A stretch of 64,000 bases of DNA, taken from NCBI GenBank assembly GCA_964481705.1, contig CAYZUC010000003.1:608-64607 (forward strand). The letters run 5' to 3'. The notes beneath the pieces are model-generated. The model made no database searches, had not been told where the DNA came from, and saw only the letters and a program-made list of their open reading frames with translations. Of this stretch, positions 35,910 to 44,203 are shown piece by piece. Position 1 is the stretch's first letter; every line of letters begins with the position of its first letter. The DNA is from an uncultured Lachnospiraceae bacterium (GTDB lineage: Bacteria; Bacillota; Clostridia; Lachnospirales; Lachnospiraceae). A program made the translations under genes and the position numbers.

Positions 35910-36845
35910 ATGTCCAAAAAAACAGCAGTGGTATCGCTTGGTCATGATGCCTTAGGTTATACAACACTCGAGCAATGGGATGCAGTAAAGGAAACTGCAA
36001 AGGCTCTCGCCAATCTGATAGAGACTGGTTATTCCCTTGCCATTACTCACAGCAACGGTCCTCAGGTCAGCATGATTCACAAAGCTATGACCGAATTAAG
36101 ACGTCTCTATCCGGATTATACTCCTGCCCCTATGTGCGTTTGCTCTGCCATGAGTCAGGGATATGTCGGTTATGATATTCAGAATGCCCTGAAAGCCGAG
36201 TTGCTTTCCCGTGGCATTTCGAAAACAGTGAGTACCGTTCTTACTCAGGTAACCGTTGATCCTTATGATGAGGCATTTTACGATCCCCAGAAGGTTATCG
36301 GACGTCATATGACAGCAGAGGAAGCCGCTATGGAGGAACGTAAGGGCAATTATGTGGTTGAAGATGGAACACTTGGATTTCGGAGAGTAGTCGCAGCTCC
36401 AAAGCCCATGGAGATTATTGAGCTGCCTGCTATTCAGGCTCTGCTGGACGCTAATCAGATTGTAATCGCCTGTGGCGGTGGCGGAATCCCTGTAATAGAG
36501 CAGAAATGTACCTTAAAGGGAGCCAGTGCAGTCATTGAAAAGGACAGCATTGCCAGCAAGCTTGCTTCCGACCTTAAGGCAGATGAATTAATTATTCTGA
36601 CCAATGTCGATCATGTTATGCTGAATTTTGGCACTCCGACCGCTGCTCCAATTTCCAGTATGTCTGTTTCAGAAGCAAAGAAGTTCGCCGCTGATGGACA
36701 ATTTGAAGCAGGAACCATGCTTCCCAAGATTGAAGCTGCCATTGCTTATCTTGAGAAATGCCAGCAGGGAAAAGTAATTATTACCTCTCTTGCCCAGGCA
36801 AAGGAAGATGGAAACGTAAAAAATGGAACGGTAATCACTTACTGA
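35910..36845 (+). CDS. arcC: Carbamate kinase family protein
   Basis: 311 aa with N-terminal VVSLGHDALG and ITHSNGPQVSMI (compare THGNGPQVG in carbamate kinases), plus CGGGGIPV. An AAAGGAGGG RBS is present. No arcA or arcB lies nearby. Confidence 0.75.
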   Translation: MSKKTAVVSLGHDALGYTTLEQWDAVKETAKALANLIETGYSLAITHSNGPQVSMIHKAMTELRRLYPDYTPAPMCVCSAMSQGYVGYDIQNALKAELLSRGISKTVSTVLTQVTVDPYDEAFYDPQKVIGRHMTAEEAAMEERKGNYVVEDGTLGFRRVVAAPKPMEIIELPAIQALLDANQIVIACGGGGIPVIEQKCTLKGASAVIEKDSIASKLASDLKADELIILTNVDHVMLNFGTPTAAPISSMSVSEAKKFAADGQFEAGTMLPKIEAAIAYLEKCQQGKVIITSLAQAKEDGNVKNGTVITY

Positions 36846-36864
36846 TTCCGTCCCACGTTATCTT

Positions 36865-37374
36865 TTATTTTCGAAACAATCCGGCCAGAAGACTACCGAT
36901 CACGATGAAGAAATCACTCAGATTGAACACGATTCGGTTAATCTTCTGGTTTTTTGTGATAAAGCTGAAATAGTCCACGACATATCCTCTAAATAATCGG
37001 TCTGCCGAATTGCTCAATGCTCCTCCCAACAGCAGCGCAAGTCCCAGGTGGTATACAGGACTTTCGCCTTTCTTTCTCTTTCCCAAAAGAATTGCGACAA
37101 TACCGGTTAAGAAACAGGATATTGCAGTCACAACGGAAGGATGTTTTTCGAGCCTATTCATGGCTACCCCTTCATTATGCGATCTGCGTATCAGAATTTT
37201 GGAAGCGATTACCTTCTCCTCTTCTCCCTGATGTACTTCAATCGGTCGCACACCTGCTGCCATTCCATCTCTGGCGCATGTAGACATTACCTGTATATGA
37301 CTCGGTCTCTCAATTTTCTCTTTTATCATGGTATCAAGAGCAAATACTCCTGAAGCAATCCCCCAAAACACCAT
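36865..37374 (-). CDS. lspA: Lipoprotein signal peptidase (signal peptidase II)
   Basis: 169 aa with four TM segments and the motifs SHNEGVAMN, GGALSNSADR, GYVVDYFSF and FNLSDFFIVIG. Confidence 0.85.
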   Translation of the reverse strand: MVFWGIASGVFALDTMIKEKIERPSHIQVMSTCARDGMAAGVRPIEVHQGEEEKVIASKILIRRSHNEGVAMNRLEKHPSVVTAISCFLTGIVAILLGKRKKGESPVYHLGLALLLGGALSNSADRLFRGYVVDYFSFITKNQKINRIVFNLSDFFIVIGSLLAGLFRK

Positions 37375-37430
37375 ACCGTTTCCTTTCCATGCATTCGTTT
37401 CTTCTCATTGTTCACTTTATGTCAACCATT

Positions 37431-39101
37431 CTACACGTTAATGGTCAAACTGTCAAATACTCCTTTCAGGTTCATTTTTCCATATCCATTCTCTCGATTG
37501 GGATACACAATGCCTCCTTCTCTTTCTGCACCGTTAATAAAGTATCTTCTGACATCCGTACCATCAATCGGAGGGATATTTTCCCGAATGATAGCCCATT
37601 CCATAAAATCTGCAACTGCTCCTGCGGTAATCGCCGCTGCCATACTGGTTCCGGTAAAAAGCCCTCGACTTGTTGTCAGATTCACAGCCGGGGCTGACAT
37701 ATCCGGTTTACGTGTATTGTCTCTTGAAAAGCCTCGACTGGACTCAGCATAAAAGCCTCCGGTCTCATCATCGTAACCGGTTACCGTAATCGGGCTAATT
37801 GCATTCGATGGTTCTACAAGTGTAACAAAGGGATCCGGCTGGAGAAAATAGACCTCGCGAGAGACCAGACCTGTAATGGGCAGCCACATATGAAAGGTCC
37901 CTTGATATAGATTTGTACTGTATACACCAATCGTCCAGATACCGGCCGTGGGCGCTATAAAACGAATGGCAACCAGTTCCTCCGCGGCTTCGCGCTCCAC
38001 CAAACGATAATCTACAGAAACCACGGTCCTCTCATACAAAAAGCGAAAGGTATCGCTGGTACCTAATCTTGCCGGTATTTTAGGCACAACTTCACCACTT
38101 GGCGAACGAAAGGAAACCGCGTATATATCCGGACTTTGTCCCCACAATTCCAGCATAAAGCCCTGTACGCCCTCTCCTACGCGAATCTCGACCTCCGAAT
38201 ACGCTCCACTTCCACTATAATGATGTCTGGCATTTCCCTCGTTACCACCGGCTAAAACAAAGGCTCTGTTCTGTTCCAGAGATAATACATTTGTAAGCAG
38301 TGCCAGAGAAGATTTTCCGGTGTGATCCCCGCTGTTCGTCCCCAGTCCGATACAGACCACAAGCGGTTTTTTCAGACTGTATGCCAGACGATTCAGAAAC
38401 TCAACGCCAAGAATAATATCATTTTCCTGATAAACACCCTCTGTTGCAAAAACCTCATAGAAATCCTTCAGATACTGTTTTGCTTCTTTTAGCTTCACCA
38501 CTGCCAGTGTCGCATCCGGTGCTGCTGCTGCTGCAAGTTCTGCCATTGCTGTCCCGTGTCCATTTTGATCGACTGGATACTCCGTACGGGTTGTGTTCCG
38601 TGAATCGTTTTGCGTACTGGATAGTAGCGTATTGATTTCCTCCTTCGAAAATAATGTTCCATAGTCGAACCCGTTTGGCACCGTATCCGACTGAATCGTC
38701 TGATCCCATATAGCCTCAATCTTGGTACTTCCATCCGAATAGCGAAAGGAGCTGGAATACAGATCAATTCCGGTATCTACAAAGCCCAACAGGACGCCGC
38801 GTCCCGTCAGGTTTAACTGTCCTTCCTGAATCTGCAGAATTCCACTACTCTGTAATGCTTCAACATCTGTTGTTTCCGTAATTGCAACCGTTGTATATAG
38901 CTTCGGAATTGTGGCATAGGTATAGGTAGCGATGGAAAGAGGCGGTATCTGCTCTTTTGATACGTACGCGATAAAACCACGAGAGGATATCATCTCAACA
39001 CAGTAATCGTCCACTCCCGCCACGGGATCTGCGACACGATAATCCAAAATAAAGTCATAGTAATCATTCGATAAGATTCGATTTCGACAAGCAATATCCA
39101 T
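37431..39101 (-). CDS. Subtilisin-family (S8) serine peptidase, Csp-like architecture, no signal peptide
   Basis: 556 aa with the catalytic triad motifs GFVDTGID (Asp), NGHGTAMAELAA (His) and TGTSMAAAITAG (Ser). About 300 residues separate the His and the Ser, as in clostridial Csp germination proteases that carry a jellyroll insertion. Confidence 0.8.
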   Translation of the reverse strand: MDIACRNRILSNDYYDFILDYRVADPVAGVDDYCVEMISSRGFIAYVSKEQIPPLSIATYTYATIPKLYTTVAITETTDVEALQSSGILQIQEGQLNLTGRGVLLGFVDTGIDLYSSSFRYSDGSTKIEAIWDQTIQSDTVPNGFDYGTLFSKEEINTLLSSTQNDSRNTTRTEYPVDQNGHGTAMAELAAAAAPDATLAVVKLKEAKQYLKDFYEVFATEGVYQENDIILGVEFLNRLAYSLKKPLVVCIGLGTNSGDHTGKSSLALLTNVLSLEQNRAFVLAGGNEGNARHHYSGSGAYSEVEIRVGEGVQGFMLELWGQSPDIYAVSFRSPSGEVVPKIPARLGTSDTFRFLYERTVVSVDYRLVEREAAEELVAIRFIAPTAGIWTIGVYSTNLYQGTFHMWLPITGLVSREVYFLQPDPFVTLVEPSNAISPITVTGYDDETGGFYAESSRGFSRDNTRKPDMSAPAVNLTTSRGLFTGTSMAAAITAGAVADFMEWAIIRENIPPIDGTDVRRYFINGAEREGGIVYPNRENGYGKMNLKGVFDSLTINV

Positions 39102-39149
39102 AAAAAAACCATCCGTTCCTGATTACTATCAGTATATGAACGGATGGTT
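39102..39149 (-). terminator. Intrinsic terminator-like hairpin after clpX; its U-tract abuts the S8 protease start codon
   Basis: A 12-bp perfect stem (AACCATCCGTTC at 39107-39118 with GAACGGATGGTT at 39138-39149) has a 19-nt loop. On the minus RNA it is followed by a 7-U run and then the AUG at 39101. Confidence 0.6.
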
Positions 39150-39157
39150 CCTCGCAT

Positions 39158-40747
39158 TTAATTTTCTGCAATTTTTTGAGGTATCGCCGGCTTGGGTGGA
39201 ACGTCCTCCAAGCTCATAATACCACGAATATCAATCGTTGGTCCACCGACACCTTCCACATATTCCTTGGTAATAGTCACACGACCAATGGAATCATCCT
39301 TCGGTACTTCGTACATAATATCCAGCATAAATTCTTCAATGATAGCACGAAGCCCACGGGCACCTGTTTCCTTTTCTAAAGCCTTCTTTGCGATCGCATG
39401 AAGCGCCTCATCCGAAAACTCCAGTTTCACCTCATCCAGTTCAAGAAGCTTCTCATACTGCTTCAGAATTGCATTCTTGGGTTCTCGTAATATTTTTACC
39501 AGCATATCCTCATCAAGTCCATCTAATGTGAAGAGAATGGGCAGTCTTCCCACGAACTCCGGAATCATACCGAATTTCTTAATATCCTCCACTTTTACCT
39601 TGGACAGTATATTTTTATCCTTGTCGAGCTTATCACGAAGCTCAGCATTAAAGCCTATGGACGTCTGTTTACTCAAACGCTGCTTGATAATCTCTTCCAG
39701 ATCCGGAAATGCTCCGCCACAGATAAATAAAATATTTCTGGTATTTACAGTCGTAAGAGGTACCATCGCATTCTTACTGTTCGCTCCGACTGGAACCTCC
39801 ACATCGGCCCCCTCTAAAAGCTTCAGCATACCCTGCTGCACGCTCTCCCCACTTACATCACGGCTGTTGGTATTCTTCTTTTTGGCAATCTTATCAATCT
39901 CATCAATAAAGACAATACCTCTTTCTGCTTTTTCCACATCATTATCTGCTGCTGCAAGAAGCTTGGAAATGACACTCTCGATATCGTCACCGATGTATCC
40001 TGCTTCGGTTAAAGAGGTGGCATCCGCAATAGCAAGCGGAACATCCAAAAGCTTAGCCAGTGTCTTAACCAAATAGGTCTTACCACAACCGGTCGGTCCA
40101 ATCATCAGCATATTGGATTTCTCAATCTCAATACTATCCATGGTATCTGTCGCAACTCTCTTGTAATGGTTGTATACTGCAACAGACACTACCTTCTTTG
40201 CATATTCCTGACCAATAATATACTCATCCAGCTCCGCCTTAATCTTATGAGGGCGCGGAACATTCTTGATATCGATGACCGGAGTATCGCTTTTCTTCTT
40301 CTTTTTCTTCTTAACCTTTGGCGCACCCGGAATCATACCTTGCAAATCAGCCCAGTTGATGAATTGAATATTAGGAATGTTATTGAAGTTCTGACGGTTT
40401 GACTTTCCATCAGCTTCCTCATCCTCCTTGTCGTTCTCCTCTTCATCATCCGTCTCGTCATCCTCGTCGAAGATATCATCTGTTTCAGAATCCTCTTCTT
40501 TTTTGGCGGGAGCCATGGTCGGGGATGTCATCTGCGAGAAGCTCTTCATCATATCACCATACTCAAACTGATTCATGGTATCCATTGTTTTATGCATACA
40601 ATCCGCACAAATAGAGATATGATTAGGCAGTTGAAACATTTTTCCAGCCACACTCTCCGGTCTGTGACACAGATAACAATACTTCTCATATTCAGTATCC
40701 CTGTTATCTGTTGTCAGATTGTCATCTCTTTCATCTTGTTTACTCAT
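39158..40747 (-). CDS. clpX: ATP-dependent Clp protease ATP-binding subunit ClpX, with a long acidic insertion after the zinc-binding domain
   Basis: It has a C4 zinc finger (CYLC...CADC), LDEYIIGQEYAKKVVSVAVYNHYKR, Walker A GPTGCGKT, Walker B IVFIDEIDK, a GYIG pore loop and an IGF loop (QTSIGFNA). The ATG at 40747 has a TGGAGAA RBS; the track start is 40759. Confidence 0.85.
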   Translation of the reverse strand: MSKQDERDDNLTTDNRDTEYEKYCYLCHRPESVAGKMFQLPNHISICADCMHKTMDTMNQFEYGDMMKSFSQMTSPTMAPAKKEEDSETDDIFDEDDETDDEEENDKEDEEADGKSNRQNFNNIPNIQFINWADLQGMIPGAPKVKKKKKKKSDTPVIDIKNVPRPHKIKAELDEYIIGQEYAKKVVSVAVYNHYKRVATDTMDSIEIEKSNMLMIGPTGCGKTYLVKTLAKLLDVPLAIADATSLTEAGYIGDDIESVISKLLAAADNDVEKAERGIVFIDEIDKIAKKKNTNSRDVSGESVQQGMLKLLEGADVEVPVGANSKNAMVPLTTVNTRNILFICGGAFPDLEEIIKQRLSKQTSIGFNAELRDKLDKDKNILSKVKVEDIKKFGMIPEFVGRLPILFTLDGLDEDMLVKILREPKNAILKQYEKLLELDEVKLEFSDEALHAIAKKALEKETGARGLRAIIEEFMLDIMYEVPKDDSIGRVTITKEYVEGVGGPTIDIRGIMSLEDVPPKPAIPQKIAEN

Positions 40748-40782
40748 ATAATTCTCCATTCAACCTAGGATAGGGTATTAAG

Positions 40783-42252
40783 CTAGCTATTCTTCTTTCC
40801 CAAAGTTACCGTAATATTCTGTTCTTCATATCCATCCTGCACACGTTTCTGAACCTCCAGCTCAACCTCAGTACCTGCGGAATAGAATTCCATAGCCTGC
40901 TTTAATTCTTCCATACTTGAAACCTTTTGTCCATCAAATTTTGTAATAATATCACCTTTTTCAATGCCTGCCTGATCTGCTGCGGTACCTTCTGTTACTT
41001 GAGCCACATAGATTCCTTCTGTCATATCATACGCTTCCGCTACATCCGGGGTTACGTCAATTCCTGCAATTCCCAGATATGCAGTATCTTCTTCATCAAC
41101 CTTCTGTTTTGTCTCCCGATTCATTAATTCATCAATAATTGGCTGAGCTGTCGATATGGGAATTGCGTATCCCATGCCCTCTACCCCGCTCATGGAGTAT
41201 TTCATGGCATTGATTCCGATTACTTCTCCGTTCATGTTAAGAAGGGCTCCTCCGGAATTACCCGGATTAATTGCTGCATCCGTCTGAATCAACTCATTTG
41301 TTACATTATCAACCGTAACCTCACGCTTTACTGCGCTGATCACACCTGCGGTTACGGACTGTCCATAACCAAGTGCATTTCCTATCGCAATCGCCGGTTC
41401 TCCGACGCGCAGGCTATCAGAGTCTCCCATAACCGCAACATGGATTGCACTCTTTGTGTCGCTGTCTATATCCTCCAAAGGAATCGCTATCACTGCAAGG
41501 TCGACATCTTCCTGTGTTCCCTTAACCAATGCTTCTACGGATTTTCCATCAATAAACTGAACGGAAAGCTTGTCGGCATCTTCTACTACATGGTTGTTCG
41601 TTACAATAAGAAGCTCTGTATCACTCTCTCCAACGATAATACCGGATCCACTTGCTTCTCCCTGACTTTCTGCTGATTGTCCCCAGAACTCGTAGGTCTG
41701 TGTATACATATTGGTGATTGATACAACCGACGGCATAACGGCTTCCGCTACTCCAGAAGCATCCAATACGACAGCCGGCTGTGAAATCCCTGCAGTTGCA
41801 TTCTCTGTTGTAGTGATTTCCTTTTCTTTTTTATCATCCTCTTCTTCCGCAGAAGCTTCCTCTGTCTGTTTTTCTTCCTTCTTATCGTCTGTCTTTCCGA
41901 CCTCTTTACCAGCCTCGATGGATTTCTCCTTCTGGGACGCTGCTATATTATTCGCTGCACCGGTTACGAGATTAACAACATAGAATCCGGTTCCTGCAAA
42001 TAATCCTAAGATCAGACCCAGCGCAATACAAATCATTGCTTTCTTAAAAAATCCGCCCTTCTTCTTTTTCGGCTTTTGAGGATCAGACGGAATATGTGAC
42101 ATATTCATTTGATAAGAGGAGTATCCTCCATTCGTCGGTGGAATCTGTCCCTGCCCCATCGAATTACTCGGTTGACTATTTACCTGGCTGTTGAACTGAC
42201 CGTTGAACGAACCACTTGTTTGGTTTTGATTTGTTTGATTATTGTCATACAT
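40783..42252 (-). CDS. htrA: HtrA/DegP-family serine protease (S1C) with a PDZ domain, membrane anchored
   Basis: It has a Q/N-rich cytoplasmic tail, a TM helix and an acidic linker. Triad motifs are TNNHVV, DLAVI and GNSGGALLN, and a C-terminal PDZ domain is present (GIEKGDIITKFDG). The ATG at 42252 has an AAGGGTGAG RBS; the track start at 42261 is a GTG. Confidence 0.85.
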   Translation of the reverse strand: MYDNNQTNQNQTSGSFNGQFNSQVNSQPSNSMGQGQIPPTNGGYSSYQMNMSHIPSDPQKPKKKKGGFFKKAMICIALGLILGLFAGTGFYVVNLVTGAANNIAASQKEKSIEAGKEVGKTDDKKEEKQTEEASAEEEDDKKEKEITTTENATAGISQPAVVLDASGVAEAVMPSVVSITNMYTQTYEFWGQSAESQGEASGSGIIVGESDTELLIVTNNHVVEDADKLSVQFIDGKSVEALVKGTQEDVDLAVIAIPLEDIDSDTKSAIHVAVMGDSDSLRVGEPAIAIGNALGYGQSVTAGVISAVKREVTVDNVTNELIQTDAAINPGNSGGALLNMNGEVIGINAMKYSMSGVEGMGYAIPISTAQPIIDELMNRETKQKVDEEDTAYLGIAGIDVTPDVAEAYDMTEGIYVAQVTEGTAADQAGIEKGDIITKFDGQKVSSMEELKQAMEFYSAGTEVELEVQKRVQDGYEEQNITVTLGKKNS

Positions 42253-42276
42253 ATAACTCACCCTTTCTGTATCAAT

Positions 42277-42318
42277 CTAGACTGTGCCTAAATCGCTCTC
42301 GATTTAGGCACAGTCTAG
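42277..42318 (-). promoter_or_regulatory. Perfect 19-bp inverted repeat (4-nt loop) between glmS and htrA; function unknown
   Basis: CTAGACTGTGCCTAAATCG (42277-42295), CTCT, then CGATTTAGGCACAGTCTAG (42300-42318). No U-tract follows on either strand. It lies 25 nt upstream of the htrA ATG. Confidence 0.6.
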
Positions 42319-42373
42319 CAAGTAATTGTGAAACAATTGTGTTTAAATAGTAAAGTATTTATGATGAATCCGT

Positions 42374-44200
42374 TTACTCCACCGTAACCGACTTGGCAAG
42401 ATTTCTCGGCTTATCCACATCACAGCCCTTTCCGAGAGATACATAGTAGCCAAATAACTGCAACGGAATAATAGCAAGCGAATTCGTGAAATATCGATTC
42501 GTCAAGGGGATGTATACCACGTAGTCAGCTGCCTTCTCAATGTCAGTATTCCCTTCGTTCGTGACCGCCAAGACAAATGCCCCACGTGCCTTTACTTCTA
42601 CAATATTACTGATTGTCTTCTGATATAACGCTTCCTGTGTTAATACGGATGCTACCAAGGTCCCTTCCTCAATCAGTGAAATGGTACCATGCTTCAATTC
42701 TCCGGCTGCATATGCTTCCGAATGAACATAGGAGATTTCCTTTAATTTCAAAGAGCCTTCCAAGGAGATGGCATAATCAATACCTCGTCCGATAAAGAAG
42801 ATGTCTTTCGCTGCAATATAACGGTTTGCAAATTTTTGGATTCGCTCCTTGCAGCCCAACAATAATTCAATCTGTTCCGGCAGCTTTCTCAAATCAGAAA
42901 TATATGCCTTCATCTCTTCCTCATTCATCTGTCCCTTTACCTGTGCAAACTTCATAGCCAGAAGGTAAAGTGCAATCAGCTGTGCACTGTATGCCTTGGT
43001 CGTAGCAACTGAAATCTCCGGTCCTGCCCAGGTATACATGACATTATCTGCCTCACGAGCAATGGAGCTTCCGACTACATTTACAATTCCAAGCACCTTA
43101 CAACCCCTTTTATGAGCTTCGCGAAGTGCTGCAAGCGTATCTGCTGTCTCTCCGGACTGGCTGATCACTATGACCATAGTATTCTTATCAAGAATCGGGT
43201 CACGATAACGAAACTCAGAAGCAATATCTACCTCAACCGGAATACGAGCCATTCCCTCAAATACGTATTTCGCTGTTACGCCTGTATGATAAGCAGAGCC
43301 ACAAGCTACGATAAAAATCTTTTTTACATCTTTCATCTCTTTATCTGACATATTGAGTTCTTCGATAACTACCTTATTATCCTGAATCCTTGGATTCAAT
43401 GTATCAGTAATAACCTTCGGCTGCTCATAAATCTCTTTCAGCATAAAATGCTCGTAGCCGCCTTTTTCAGCAGCATTGGCATCCCATTCGATCGTAACCG
43501 GCTCCTTCTTGATCTCTTCTTCATCTACGGAATAAAAATGCATATGGTCAGCACGGAGACGCACGATTTCCTGGTCATCAATAAAATAGACCTGACGGGT
43601 GTATTTCAAGATGGCCGGTACATCAGAAGCGATAAAGCATCCATCTTCGCTCTGTCCCACGATAAGGGGACTTGCTTTACGTACTGCAAAGATCTGATCC
43701 GGGAAGTCTGAAAACAGAATTCCAAGAGCATAGGAGCCCTCTACACGATGCATAACCTTGGTAATCGCTTCCATAGGATTGCCATGATAATAATAATCAA
43801 GCAGCTGTGCCAAAACTTCTGTATCCGTCTCTGACTGAAAGGTGTAACCCTTTCCAGTCAATTTATTTTTTAACGGAATATAATTCTCTATGATACCGTT
43901 ATGTACCACAGAAATTGTACCCTTTGTATTCATATGTGGATGAGCATTCAAGTCTGATGGCTGACCATGTGTCGCCCATCTGGTGTGACCAATTCCCACG
44001 GTTCCCGGAAGCGTAGCACCACCGTGTGTGAGCTCTTCCAAAACCTTCAGACGTCCCATTGCTTTAACCATCTCAATCGTCTTTCCGTTGTATATGGACA
44101 TACCTGCCGAATCGTATCCACGATATTCCAGTCGTGCAAGTCCATCAAGAATAATCGGAGCTGCCTGTTTTGTTCCAATATATCCTACTATTCCACACAT
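42374..44200 (-). CDS. glmS: Glutamine--fructose-6-phosphate aminotransferase (isomerizing)
   Basis: 608 aa with the N-terminal MCGIVGYIG (Ntn amidotransferase Cys) and two SIS domains. It ends in KSVTVE. Confidence 0.95.
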   Translation of the reverse strand: MCGIVGYIGTKQAAPIILDGLARLEYRGYDSAGMSIYNGKTIEMVKAMGRLKVLEELTHGGATLPGTVGIGHTRWATHGQPSDLNAHPHMNTKGTISVVHNGIIENYIPLKNKLTGKGYTFQSETDTEVLAQLLDYYYHGNPMEAITKVMHRVEGSYALGILFSDFPDQIFAVRKASPLIVGQSEDGCFIASDVPAILKYTRQVYFIDDQEIVRLRADHMHFYSVDEEEIKKEPVTIEWDANAAEKGGYEHFMLKEIYEQPKVITDTLNPRIQDNKVVIEELNMSDKEMKDVKKIFIVACGSAYHTGVTAKYVFEGMARIPVEVDIASEFRYRDPILDKNTMVIVISQSGETADTLAALREAHKRGCKVLGIVNVVGSSIAREADNVMYTWAGPEISVATTKAYSAQLIALYLLAMKFAQVKGQMNEEEMKAYISDLRKLPEQIELLLGCKERIQKFANRYIAAKDIFFIGRGIDYAISLEGSLKLKEISYVHSEAYAAGELKHGTISLIEEGTLVASVLTQEALYQKTISNIVEVKARGAFVLAVTNEGNTDIEKAADYVVYIPLTNRYFTNSLAIIPLQLFGYYVSLGKGCDVDKPRNLAKSVTVE

Positions 44201-44203
44201 ATT

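Noticed and set aside
42277-42318. The palindrome upstream of htrA as a CIRCE (HrcA) operator or an intrinsic terminator.
   Set aside because: The arm sequence does not match TTAGCACTC-N9-GAGTGCTAA, the spacer is 4 nt rather than 9 nt, and there is no U-tract for a terminator. It is kept as an unexplained element in the findings.
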